64,000 nt of DNA from positions 1,632,001 to 1,696,000 of the forward strand of contig CBDFJF010000002.1 of assembly GCA_965248265.1 (NCBI GenBank), read 5' to 3'. Both the position numbers and the translations under genes were made by a program. The DNA comes from Candidatus Latescibacterota bacterium. Lineage in GTDB: Bacteria > Latescibacterota > UBA2968 > UBA8231. The first letter of the stretch is position 1. Every line of letters starts with the position of its first letter. This document shows, piece after piece, positions 1 through 9,186 of the stretch. The notes under the pieces are model-generated. The model saw only the letters and a program-made list of their open reading frames with translations. It was not told the DNA's origin and made no database searches.

Positions 1-2
1 AC

Positions 3-1427
3 CTCGAGGTGCCCGGTGAGGAGGATCTGCTGGCCGTATTTGCCAGGGTCAAGGAGAAGGTGATTGAGCCGTACGAGGACGAGGTATCCGATGAGCCTTT
101 GGTGGCGGACATACCGGAACCAGCAGAAATAGTCGAACGTGGCGAGATCCCCGAGCTCGCGGTGATAACCTGGACGCTCTCCAATGGCATCCGTGTCTTC
201 CTGAAACCAACCGATTTCCAGAACGACCAGATCTTGTTCGAGGGTTACAGCCCTGGCGGCCATTCCCTCGTCAATGACGAAGACTACATCGCGGCGACGA
301 CGGCGACGGCTGTGGTGGAGCAGGGTGGCGTCGCCGAGTTCTCCCTAATCGAGCTGCAGAAGAAACTGGCGGGCAAAGTGGTCAGTGTCTCGCCGTGGAT
401 CGGCGGCTTACGCGAAGGGATCTCAGGCTCCGCCTCGCCGGAGGATCTGCAGACAATGTTCGAACTGGTGTACGCCTACATGACCACGCCGCGAGCTGAC
501 CCGGAGGCTTTCCAGGCTCACCAAGCGAGGATGCGAGGATTCATCGAGAACCGGAGCGCCAGTCCAGAGGCGGTCTACGGGGATACGGTCAGCGTCACCA
601 TGTCCCAGTACCACCACCGTGCACGCCCGTGGTCATTGGATCTGGTAGAAGAGATGGATCTGGAGAAGTCTATGGCGATCTATAGCGAGCGGTTCGCCGA
701 CACCAGTGATTTCACCTTCGTCTTCGTCGGCAACTTTACGCTGGAGGGGATGGAGCCGTTGGTGCGCATCTACATCGGTGGGTTGCCTGCAGGAAACCGC
801 AGTGAGACCTGGCGGGACGTGGGCATCGATGCCCCGCGCGGCATCGTCGAGAAAACAGTCCAGCGCGGCCTCGAACCCAAGAGTCGCTCAAGAATCTTCT
901 TCAAGGGTCCCTTCGATTTTGATGGGTGGCGCAACGACTTCACCCTGGAAGCCATGGGCGACGTACTGCAGCTCAAGCTTCGCGAAGTACTGCGGGAAGA
1001 TCTCGGTGGCACGTATAGTGTTGGAGTGGGCGCCAGCGCGTCCCATTACCCTGAAGAGGAGTACAGCATTTCGCTCGGCTTCGGCTGCGATCCCGACCGG
1101 GTCGAAGAGCTCACGGGTATCATCTTCGAGCAGATTGACAGCCTGAAGACGGTTGGTACGACGGACTTCTATCTGGACAAGGTCAAGGAGATCGCCAAGC
1201 GCAATCGCGAGGTGGCCATGAAGGAGAACCGCTTCTGGTTGAACGGTCTGGGTTGGGTCGACTTCCACGGGCTAGATCCGGTGCGCTATCTGCACTACAG
1301 CGACATGGTCGACAGCCTGACGGTCGAGGCGGTCCAGGAAGCGGCACAGCAGTACTTCGACACGTCCAACTATGCACGGTTTGTCCTGCTGCCTGAGGTG
1401 GTTGAAGCCAGCAGCCTCAGTCGGTAA
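3..1427 (+). CDS. M16 family zinc peptidase (PqqL-like), 5'-truncated by window edge
   Basis: Frame is open from the window start; 'WTLSNGIRVFLKPTDFQNDQI' and 'LREVLREDLGGTY' are typical of the C-terminal half of PqqL-like M16 peptidases. Confidence 0.9.
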   Translation, partial: LEVPGEEDLLAVFARVKEKVIEPYEDEVSDEPLVADIPEPAEIVERGEIPELAVITWTLSNGIRVFLKPTDFQNDQILFEGYSPGGHSLVNDEDYIAATTATAVVEQGGVAEFSLIELQKKLAGKVVSVSPWIGGLREGISGSASPEDLQTMFELVYAYMTTPRADPEAFQAHQARMRGFIENRSASPEAVYGDTVSVTMSQYHHRARPWSLDLVEEMDLEKSMAIYSERFADTSDFTFVFVGNFTLEGMEPLVRIYIGGLPAGNRSETWRDVGIDAPRGIVEKTVQRGLEPKSRSRIFFKGPFDFDGWRNDFTLEAMGDVLQLKLREVLREDLGGTYSVGVGASASHYPEEEYSISLGFGCDPDRVEELTGIIFEQIDSLKTVGTTDFYLDKVKEIAKRNREVAMKENRFWLNGLGWVDFHGLDPVRYLHYSDMVDSLTVEAVQEAAQQYFDTSNYARFVLLPEVVEASSLSR

Positions 1428-1869
1428 TCTCGACGATGACCTCGACCTCAACCGTGATCCTGCCGGGCAGGGCGCCTAGGCCGACGGCCGAACGGGCGTG
1501 CCTGCCTTTGTCGCCGAAAACCTCAACGAACACGTCAGAACACCCGTTGATGACCTGCGGATGGTCGGTGAATTCGGGGTCGGAGTTGACCATGCCAAGG
1601 ACCTTGACGATGCGGGCGACGCGCTCGAGTGATCCGAGTTCCTGCTTCAGCACGGCGATCAACACCAGGCCGACGTACCGGGCGTGCTGGTAGGCATCCT
1701 CCGCAGAAACCTGCGACGACACCTTGCCGACGGCGTCGGGCTCTGGGCCCTTGCCGGACAGGTACAACAGGTTTCCGGTGCGTACGGCGTTCTCGTAGTT
1801 GCCACCCTTCTCAGGTACAGGGGGTAACTCGATGTTCAGCTCCTTAAGACGATCTTCTATAGTTTTCAT
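1417..1869 (-). CDS. RidA/YjgF family protein (Atu1372-like subgroup)
   Basis: MKTIEDRLKELNIELP...GRHARSAVG...VEVE; start moved to ATG 1869. Confidence 0.9.
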   Translation of the reverse strand: MKTIEDRLKELNIELPPVPEKGGNYENAVRTGNLLYLSGKGPEPDAVGKVSSQVSAEDAYQHARYVGLVLIAVLKQELGSLERVARIVKVLGMVNSDPEFTDHPQVINGCSDVFVEVFGDKGRHARSAVGLGALPGRITVEVEVIVEITD

Positions 1870-1876
1870 GGGGGCG

Positions 1877-1905
1877 AAAATAGCGGGGTCAATTTGCGGC
1901 CGCAA
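1877..1905 (-). promoter_or_regulatory. Putative sigma70 promoter giving a leaderless ridA transcript
   Basis: TTGCGG-N17-TATTTT lies 7 nt before the ATG; no Shine-Dalgarno. Confidence 0.5.
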
Positions 1906-1989
1906 GCACCGCTTGGATACGTTTGGGGCGGCTGCCTGCCCCGGGACGCAATCCTCACCAGCATGTTCTACGATCAAGGTCGCTATCGG

Positions 1990-2925
1990 ATGGCATACGA
2001 GTTTCAAATCAGCGAGTCCGCGCAGCGGGCGGTTCGCCGCATCGCCCACGAGCAGCTCGGACGCGTCATCACCAATCTGGCGCCAGCGTCAGCACATTCG
2101 GATGAGGCCATACACGAGGCGCGCAAAAGTCTGAAGCGTTTGCGCGCGCTGGTGCGACTGGTGCGCGGGGAGTTGGGAGAGGAAGTCTATCGCCGTCACA
2201 ACGAGTGCATGCGCGACGCGGCTCGCGAGCTGGCCGGGCTACGCGACGCGGCGGCATTGCGGGAGGCACTGGACGAACTGTTGCTATGGTTGGGCAGCCG
2301 GGCGCCCAGGAGCCGGTTCAAGCCGGTCGCGACCTGGCTGGCGTCGCGCCATGCCGATCACTTCGAGGAACGCAGCGCGCAGTTAGTCGAACTCACCTCC
2401 AAGATCCGTGGTCGGTTGCAAACCCTGGATGGGGAAGTGGATGATTGGTCCCAGCATCACGATGGTTGGAAGATCCTGTCAGCGGGTCTGAAACGCGTGT
2501 TTCTGCGAGGTCGCAACGAATACGAGCAAGTGCTTTGGCGTCCCACGGATGACGCCCTGCACCGCTGGCGCAAGCGCGTGAAGTACCTCAGGTACCACCA
2601 TCAGCTGCTGCGACCGATCTGGCCAGACATCATGGATGCGGCGATCGATCTAACGGACGAATTGGGTGAGTTGCTCGGCAAGGATCACGATCTGGCGATT
2701 CTGGCTGCCACCTGCGCTTCCGGATCCCCGCGTCCCGGTCACCCCTCGACGCTGCGTGCTCTGAGCGGACGCATCGTCGAGCGCCGTATGGAACTGCAGG
2801 CCAGATGCCGGGTTCTCGGACAACGTATCTACACCGAACGCCCGAAGGATTTCATTCGCCGCCTCCACGGATACTGGGAATCCTGGTCGGGGGAGCAGAT
2901 CCGTGCCTCAACCGGCCGCGGTTGA
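1990..2925 (+). CDS. CHAD domain protein
   Basis: IHEARKSLKRLRALVRL, LHRWRKRVKYLRY and LGKDHD motifs. Confidence 0.9.
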   Translation: MAYEFQISESAQRAVRRIAHEQLGRVITNLAPASAHSDEAIHEARKSLKRLRALVRLVRGELGEEVYRRHNECMRDAARELAGLRDAAALREALDELLLWLGSRAPRSRFKPVATWLASRHADHFEERSAQLVELTSKIRGRLQTLDGEVDDWSQHHDGWKILSAGLKRVFLRGRNEYEQVLWRPTDDALHRWRKRVKYLRYHHQLLRPIWPDIMDAAIDLTDELGELLGKDHDLAILAATCASGSPRPGHPSTLRALSGRIVERRMELQARCRVLGQRIYTERPKDFIRRLHGYWESWSGEQIRASTGRG

Positions 2926-2939
2926 GGTTCCCGACCGGA

Positions 2940-4103
2940 TCAGGCCATACTCACCCAGGTGCTGTCCTTTTCGCAGGATTCCACGGCCGCGTAGATGAAT
3001 TGCATGCCGCGTAGCCCATCATGGACAGTCGGGAAGTCGTAGTCCTCAGTCTTGAGCGGTTTCCCATCGATATGAGCGCGGATGGCTTCGACAGCGCCGC
3101 AGTAAATCGTCGAGAAGGCCTCCAGGTAGCCTTCGGGATGACCGGGGGGTATGCGTGAGCCCGCCGCCGCGTGGTCCGCCAGATAACCTTGACCGCGCGA
3201 AAGCGTCTCGCGCGGCTTGCCGTAGCGGTAGACCTCGAGGTAGTTCGGGTCTTCCTGTCGCCACAGGATGGCACCTTCTGAGGCGTACACCCGCAGCTTG
3301 AAGCCGTTGTCCTCTCCAGTTGCCACCTGAGAGATGGTGAGTACGCCCTTGCCGCCCCCTTTGAAGCGCAACAGCGCGTTGACGTCCTCGTCGAGTTTGC
3401 GATCGGGCAGGAAGGTGCTCTTGTCTGCGCAGATCTCCGTGATCGGCGTGTCAGTGACATACTCCAGCAAGTTGACGCAGTGGGTACCGATATCACCGAG
3501 AGTGCCGCCGATGCCGGAGCGAGCCGGATCGACACGCCATTCCGCCTGCTTCTGCCCCAGTTTTTCGTGCGCTACCATCAGGAAGTCCTGCAGGTATTCG
3601 ACGATGACCTTGCGAACCGTGCCCAGTTCGCCCGATTGGAACAGATGGCGGGCCTGGCGGACCATTGGATGTCCTGTATAGTTGTGGGTCAGGGCGAATA
3701 CGAGTCCTGAATCCTCGACAATCTTGACCAGACTTTGAGCCTCTTCGAGGGTGTAGGTCACCGGTTTGTCGCAGATCACGTGAAAGCCGGCTTCGATGAA
3801 GGTCTTGCTGATCTCGAAGTGAGAGACATTGGGGGTGACGATGCTGACGCCGTCGATACGCTGATCCGCTGGCAGGGCAGCCTCGGCAGTGGCCATCTGC
3901 TGGTAGTCGTCATAGCAACGCGCCGGATCCAGGTAAAGTTGCTGGCCGGTCAGACGGGTGTTTTCAGGATCCTGGGAGAAGCAGCCGGCCACCAGTTCGA
4001 TCTGCTGATCCAGGGCTGCCGCAATGCGGTGAACGCCGCCGATGAAGGCGCCCTGGCCGCCGCCTACCATGCCCAGTCTGAGTTTGCGTTTCCACGAGTT
4101 CAT
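2940..4103 (-). CDS. Gfo/Idh/MocA family oxidoreductase
   Basis: GMVGGGQGAFIG, CDKP and GDIGTH motifs; AAGGAG RBS before ATG 4103. Confidence 0.92.
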   Translation of the reverse strand: MNSWKRKLRLGMVGGGQGAFIGGVHRIAAALDQQIELVAGCFSQDPENTRLTGQQLYLDPARCYDDYQQMATAEAALPADQRIDGVSIVTPNVSHFEISKTFIEAGFHVICDKPVTYTLEEAQSLVKIVEDSGLVFALTHNYTGHPMVRQARHLFQSGELGTVRKVIVEYLQDFLMVAHEKLGQKQAEWRVDPARSGIGGTLGDIGTHCVNLLEYVTDTPITEICADKSTFLPDRKLDEDVNALLRFKGGGKGVLTISQVATGEDNGFKLRVYASEGAILWRQEDPNYLEVYRYGKPRETLSRGQGYLADHAAAGSRIPPGHPEGYLEAFSTIYCGAVEAIRAHIDGKPLKTEDYDFPTVHDGLRGMQFIYAAVESCEKDSTWVSMA

Positions 4104-4191
4104 GTTATGCACTCCTTTTCAGGTTCGGCTACTTCACCACTTGCGACGATAGGTCCACAATCGCCACTGCGCTCCGGGGGTGCGGCCATCT

Positions 4192-5814
4192 TCACAATCC
4201 CGCTGCGTGCCGGCCGACCTTCGGATCGCCGGCCGCGTGTACGGTACCATCCTCACCGACGTGCAGCATGACAGGAGTGGCGTTGGGCGAGCTGCTGACC
4301 TGCAGCGGATGGCCGCGCCGGGTGAGTTCGTCGCGGACCGACTGCGGCACCTTGTCATTGATGTCCAGGGCGCCGGCATTCTTGAAGGTCTGCGAGCGGT
4401 CGGGGTTCGGATCGAAGGAATGCTGATGGTGAAAGGTCGAATAGCGCGGTGCCGTTACGGCCTCTGCGGGTGTCATGCCGAATTCAACGACGTCCAGTAG
4501 CAGCTTGATAGCGCATTGGTCCTGCCGGTCGGCGCCGGCGACGCTGATGGCAATCACTGGCTTGCCGTCTTTCAAAACCAGGGTCGGTGTAAGTGTGATA
4601 CGCGGTCTCTTTCCGGGTTCAATACAATTGGGATGGCCGGGTGAGGTGTTGAGGCTGGTCAGGCGGTTGCCGTAGGTGACTCCCGTGCGGCCGCCATCCA
4701 TGTTCGCCGTGTTCACCGTATCGACGTTCGAACTCGGTGTGGCGCTGATGACGTTGCCCCAACGGTCGGCTACGACGCAGGTTGTCGTTCCTGGTCCTGC
4801 CGGCCTGAAGACGCCGTCGGCTTTTACCGGTTTCATCTCGTAGGGATCACCGGGACGGGCCTCAAGGGCGGCCGCTGTCATGTCGATGAGCGGCCGGCGC
4901 ATCTCGGTGTAGGCGTCGGAAAGCAGGATATCGAGCGGTACCTTCGTGAACTCGGGATCGGCGTAGTAGGCATCGCGATCGGCCATGCCCAGCTTTATGG
5001 CCTCGATCACGAGATGTATGGTATCAGCGGAATTGGCCCCCATGCTCTTGATATCGAACCCTTCCAGCAACCGCAACGACTGGCACATGAAAGGCCCCTG
5101 CGTCCAGGGTCCACACTTGCACACGGTGTACCCTCTGTAGTCGACGGTAACCGGATCCTCGATCGGCGTTGTGTGCGCGGCGAGGTCTGCCCGTCGCAAA
5201 AAACCACCGCGCTCGATCCAATCGGCCTCCAACTCTTCGGCTATGTCGTTGCAGCGTTGGCTGCGGCCGTAAAACCGGTCGCAGGCTGCCTGCATTTTCT
5301 GTTCGCGGCTACCCGAGGTCAGGCCCTCTTCTTCCACCATTCGACGCAAGGTCACGGCCAGTTTCGGGTGCCATGCCTCGTCACCGGCATCCAGCAGGGC
5401 GATGGTCGGCGCGATGATCTGTTCGAACGTCATGGTCCCATAGCGTTGCAACGTCGTCACGCACAGATCGACGACGGAGGGAACGGGGGCCATTTTGATG
5501 TCATTATCGGTGGGGATGCCGTTGGCCATGTACCAGTCAACGGCGTCCTGCGACAGAGGTGCTCTGCCCTGGCCGGAGAGAACCTTCACCTCCTGTTTCT
5601 GTGCGTCGTGGATGATCAGCGGCACCTCGCCACCGATCGAGCACAAAACGTGGTCGGTCACGTTTAATGCGAAAATGGTCGCTGCAGCGGCATCCGCGGC
5701 ATTGCCTCCCTGTTCCAACATGTCGATGCCGGCAGCAACTGCGCCGGCTTGACCCGCAGCAACAACACCCACCTTGCTACTGGCGCTCCAACCGATCTGG
5801 TCAACCTGAATCAT
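4192..5814 (-). CDS. ggt: Gamma-glutamyltransferase family protein
   Basis: GGNAADAA, nucleophile region GTTTCVVADRWGN, PGKRPRITLTP. Confidence 0.88.
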   Translation of the reverse strand: MIQVDQIGWSASSKVGVVAAGQAGAVAAGIDMLEQGGNAADAAAATIFALNVTDHVLCSIGGEVPLIIHDAQKQEVKVLSGQGRAPLSQDAVDWYMANGIPTDNDIKMAPVPSVVDLCVTTLQRYGTMTFEQIIAPTIALLDAGDEAWHPKLAVTLRRMVEEEGLTSGSREQKMQAACDRFYGRSQRCNDIAEELEADWIERGGFLRRADLAAHTTPIEDPVTVDYRGYTVCKCGPWTQGPFMCQSLRLLEGFDIKSMGANSADTIHLVIEAIKLGMADRDAYYADPEFTKVPLDILLSDAYTEMRRPLIDMTAAALEARPGDPYEMKPVKADGVFRPAGPGTTTCVVADRWGNVISATPSSNVDTVNTANMDGGRTGVTYGNRLTSLNTSPGHPNCIEPGKRPRITLTPTLVLKDGKPVIAISVAGADRQDQCAIKLLLDVVEFGMTPAEAVTAPRYSTFHHQHSFDPNPDRSQTFKNAGALDINDKVPQSVRDELTRRGHPLQVSSSPNATPVMLHVGEDGTVHAAGDPKVGRHAAGL

Positions 5815-6031
5815 GGATAATCCTATTCGCGTGGTGAGTCGGCGATGTCTACGACCGGAGTCGCCGAGTCGAGAACATACGGGGAAATGCGGCTATTTTC
5901 ACCTGTTCCGTGTACGGGATTCTGCTGCTGCCGCCAGGATCAAATGAGACCAACTTGACCGACTACCGAATAACATGTTTTATCCCCCGCTGATCCGGTA
6001 TGGAACGAAGGTATTCTATAGAAAGGTTCAC

Positions 6032-7972
6032 ATGGAAACGTCTGCAGCAGGCCGCCTGGGGCACCAAACCACTCCCTGGTCTCGCCTGCTTTTCGATCGC
6101 ACGGTTCTTGTTCTCGGGGTCATGCTCTGTGCGGGCATAGGGGTGGCGCTGTGGAGTATTCGTCAATTCTCACATGATCTGGCCGAATCGACTGCCCTGC
6201 AGTACGCCACTCTGTACGCCAGATCGATCGAGGAGTTTCGCACGCTCTACACATCCGAGGTTGTCAGTCGAGCCAGGGATCATGGAATGGAGGTCACCCA
6301 CGACTATGCCGCTCGGGATGGAGCGATTCCGCTGCCGGCGACATTGAGCATGGCTCTGGGCAGCAGAATTGCAGAGGCTGCATCCGGGGTCGAGGTGCGG
6401 CTGTACAGTGACTACCCGTTTCCGTGGCGCACCGATGGAGGGTCGAGGGATGAATTTGAAGCGGAGGCCATGCGACAGTTGCAGCAACATCCGGAACAGC
6501 CTTTTTATCGCTTTGAAGAGTTTCGGGGGCGACTGTCTCTGCGCTACGCCACCGCAGACCTTATGCGATCCAGTTGCGTTTCTTGCCACAACACCCACCC
6601 CGACACCCCCAAGGCCGACTGGGTGGAGGGGGATGTGAGGGGAAGCCTGGAGGTCGTTTTTCCCCTGGACAACACGGTCAGCGGAATTCAGGCGAACATG
6701 TGGAATCTGTCTGCCCTTTTCGCGGTCATGGCTCTACTGGGGGTGTCCGGGTTGACTCTTGTATTTGGCCGGCTACGCCGCAATTCCGAAGAATTGGAGC
6801 AGCGGGTCGCCAGCCGCACGGCCGATCTGCTGAAGACCACGGAGGAGTTGGGGGAGAGCGAGGCGCTAAAAGGAGCCATCGTGGAAACGGCGCTGGATTG
6901 TATCGTCACCATGGATCGGGATGGAAAGATTATCGAATTCAATCCTATGGCAGAGCAAACCTTCGGATATGCCCGCGAAGATGTGATAGGTCAACCGCTG
7001 GTCGACAAGATCGTTCCCCCCCAATATCTCCGGCACACACAGGGCCTGGCACACTATCTCAAGACTGGCGAAGGGCAAGCGCTAGGCAGACGGATCGAAA
7101 TCTCTGCCCTGGGCGCCGACGGTAGAGAGTTTCCCGTAGAGTTGGCCATCACTTCCGTCAAGCCTAAGGATGGGGAAGAGGTGTTTACAGCCTTTCTTCG
7201 CGACATTGGCGAGCGCATACATGCAGAGAAGGAACTTCGCCTCGCCAAAGAGGAAGCAGAAACGGCTAACCTCATCAAGAGCGAGTTCCTCGCCAATATG
7301 TCCCACGAGCTGCGCACTCCCTTGAACGCCATCATCGGCTACAGCGAGATGTTACAGGAGGAAGCGCAGGGACTGGGACAAGACAATTTCATTCCCGATC
7401 TCGGCAGGATCAACGAGTCGGGCCATCACCTGCTGACGCTGATCAACGATGTCCTGGACCTGTCCAAGATCGAGGCAGGGAGGATGGAGGTCACTCCGGA
7501 GATCTTCGACATCTCAGAGATGATCGAGAGTGTGGTGACGACCATCCAACCCATGGCGGAGAAGACCGGTAACAACCTCGTGCTGCACGTGGACGACCCG
7601 GGGGTGATGCATGCCGACCAGACCCGCGTGCGCCAGTGTCTGATCAACCTGTTAACGAATGCTTGCAAGTTCACCGAGGCTGGCACCGTGTCGCTGGCAG
7701 TGATTCGCGAAGTAGCGGCAGGCAGAGAGGAGGTCGCGTTCCGGGTGGGGGACACGGGCATCGGACTGAGTCCTGAACAGATTGAGGATTTGTTCCAGCC
7801 GTTTGTTCAGGGGGATGCTTCAACTACAAAGGAGTATGGGGGCACAGGGTTAGGGTTGAGCATCACCCGGCAGTTCAGCCGGATGATGGGAGGGGATGTG
7901 GAGGTTGAGAGCGTGCCGGGGGTGGGGTCCACCTTTATCCTGCGGCTGCCAGCGAGGACTGAAGATGACTGA
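6032..7972 (+). CDS. Membrane sensor histidine kinase: DUF3365/Tll0287-like heme-c sensor domain, PAS, HisKA, HATPase
   Basis: Two TM segments flank a periplasmic domain containing CVSCH; PAS ([14 protein letters not shown]); H-box SHELRTPLN; NACKFT; GGTGLGL. Confidence 0.92.
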   Translation: METSAAGRLGHQTTPWSRLLFDRTVLVLGVMLCAGIGVALWSIRQFSHDLAESTALQYATLYARSIEEFRTLYTSEVVSRARDHGMEVTHDYAARDGAIPLPATLSMALGSRIAEAASGVEVRLYSDYPFPWRTDGGSRDEFEAEAMRQLQQHPEQPFYRFEEFRGRLSLRYATADLMRSSCVSCHNTHPDTPKADWVEGDVRGSLEVVFPLDNTVSGIQANMWNLSALFAVMALLGVSGLTLVFGRLRRNSEELEQRVASRTADLLKTTEELGESEALKGAIVETALDCIVTMDRDGKIIEFNPMAEQTFGYAREDVIGQPLVDKIVPPQYLRHTQGLAHYLKTGEGQALGRRIEISALGADGREFPVELAITSVKPKDGEEVFTAFLRDIGERIHAEKELRLAKEEAETANLIKSEFLANMSHELRTPLNAIIGYSEMLQEEAQGLGQDNFIPDLGRINESGHHLLTLINDVLDLSKIEAGRMEVTPEIFDISEMIESVVTTIQPMAEKTGNNLVLHVDDPGVMHADQTRVRQCLINLLTNACKFTEAGTVSLAVIREVAAGREEVAFRVGDTGIGLSPEQIEDLFQPFVQGDASTTKEYGGTGLGLSITRQFSRMMGGDVEVESVPGVGSTFILRLPARTEDD

Positions 7973-8030
7973 CCAGCCAAGCATCATCCCAATGGTTGAG
8001 TGGCAACAGGATGAACGCGACATACGGTAG
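7965..8030 (+). pseudogene. Possible remnant of a response-regulator 5' end
   Basis: ATG overlaps the kinase stop; with two indels the DNA reads I..VE-GNRMN-RDI, resembling the receiver start ILLVEDNEMNRDM. Confidence 0.3.
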
Positions 8031-8084
8031 CACATCGTGAATAGAACGCCGTTGCGGATCTGAGGGGACTGGGCCTCGGACCTG

Positions 8085-8450
8085 TCAGGTCCCGATGGAG
8101 CACTCCTTTGGAAGAATACGCTGGATCATGTCTCGCAGGTGCTCGAGGCGAAACGGTTTCCTCAGGAAGAAGACCCCTTCGAGTCCCTGCACGCTGTCAC
8201 GAAAACTTCCGGAAATGATGATGAAAGGGAGTTTGGGGAAGCGGGCGCGGCAGCGGTCCAGCAGGGATTTGCCGTTGAGCTTCGGCATGGCATAGTCGCT
8301 AATAACGAGATCGAAGCGCTCGAGCAGTGCCATCGACAACGCTTGCTCACCATCCTCGGCCTCCCACACCTTCCAGGACAGTGCTTCGAAGGCACGTCTG
8401 AGCATGTGCCTGATGGCCGGTTCATCGTCTGCGATCAGTATCTTTGTCAT
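8085..8450 (-). CDS. Single-domain response regulator (receiver)
   Basis: KILIADDE, DLVISDYAMPKLNG, FLRKPF. Confidence 0.92.
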   Translation of the reverse strand: MTKILIADDEPAIRHMLRRAFEALSWKVWEAEDGEQALSMALLERFDLVISDYAMPKLNGKSLLDRCRARFPKLPFIIISGSFRDSVQGLEGVFFLRKPFRLEHLRDMIQRILPKECSIGT

Positions 8451-8528
8451 CAGTCGTACCTCCTCCTCAGAGCACAGCCAGTGGGCCGTGCTTCACTAGT
8501 ATTATCGGCATCAGACGGAGGTAAGTCC

Positions 8529-8567
8529 GTGTGCACTATCACCGAGACACGGTGTGCCATATCACCG
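8529..8567. repeat. 16-bp imperfect direct repeat with 23-bp period
   Basis: GTGTGCACTATCACCG (8529-8544) and GTGTGCCATATCACCG (8552-8567), 14/16 identical. Confidence 0.6.
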
Positions 8568-8590
8568 TTTGGAGAAATCAGTGGTGTTTT

Positions 8591-8608
8591 GTGTGATCTT
8601 CTTCACAC
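8591..8608. promoter_or_regulatory. CRP/FNR-family operator
   Basis: GTGTGA-TCTTCT-TCACAC matches the TGTGA-N6-TCACA consensus, in a divergent intergenic region. Confidence 0.65.
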
Positions 8609-8659
8609 TCCTCTTGTCGTCGACTCGGCATGGCTTTATCTATCGAGTAACCGAACAAC

Positions 8660-9181
8660 ATGCGTACTCTCGACTTCCTGACACCGTGTTTGCTCGCCGG
8701 CATACTCTGCGGCTGCGATCACGGGCTTGATCCGGCTCCTCCCGGTCCCACCGGGATTGCGGGGCAGATTGTGTTCGAGGGGGAGTGGCCAAATCACGTG
8801 GCTCAGGTGGCGGTTGTCGTGTACGCCCAGCAACCGGAGACCGTGAGCGATTTCGGCAACCTGGCCGGCTGGGATACAGACGTGCCGTTGGGAGTTGCTG
8901 CATACGACTATCTGATTGAAATCCAGGGGGAGGGCGAGTACGGTTGGGTCGTCGTCGTATGGCGAGCCGAGGATCAGCTGTGGAACTTCACGTCCCTCCT
9001 CGACTGCTTCCGACGGGACGGTGCATCGACAATCGGCGCCGTGACCGTGGTGCGAGGTGAGATCAGCGAGCAGGTTGATATTACAGTCGACCTGGACGTG
9101 ATCGCTGCGCCGATTCCTTTGAAGGAATGGTCCTGCACCCGTGATCTTCCCGACGAAATCATCGAGCTGGCAGGAGGATAG
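8660..9181 (+). CDS. Hypothetical lipoprotein upstream of TonB-dependent receptor
   Basis: Signal peptide with lipobox ILCGC; 5 nt upstream of the TBDR gene. Confidence 0.75.
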   Translation: MRTLDFLTPCLLAGILCGCDHGLDPAPPGPTGIAGQIVFEGEWPNHVAQVAVVVYAQQPETVSDFGNLAGWDTDVPLGVAAYDYLIEIQGEGEYGWVVVVWRAEDQLWNFTSLLDCFRRDGASTIGAVTVVRGEISEQVDITVDLDVIAAPIPLKEWSCTRDLPDEIIELAGG

Positions 9182-9186
9182 GTGGG

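Noticed and set aside
8545-8559. Sigma54 promoter (TGGCAC on the minus strand)
   Set aside because: The -12 TTGC element is absent
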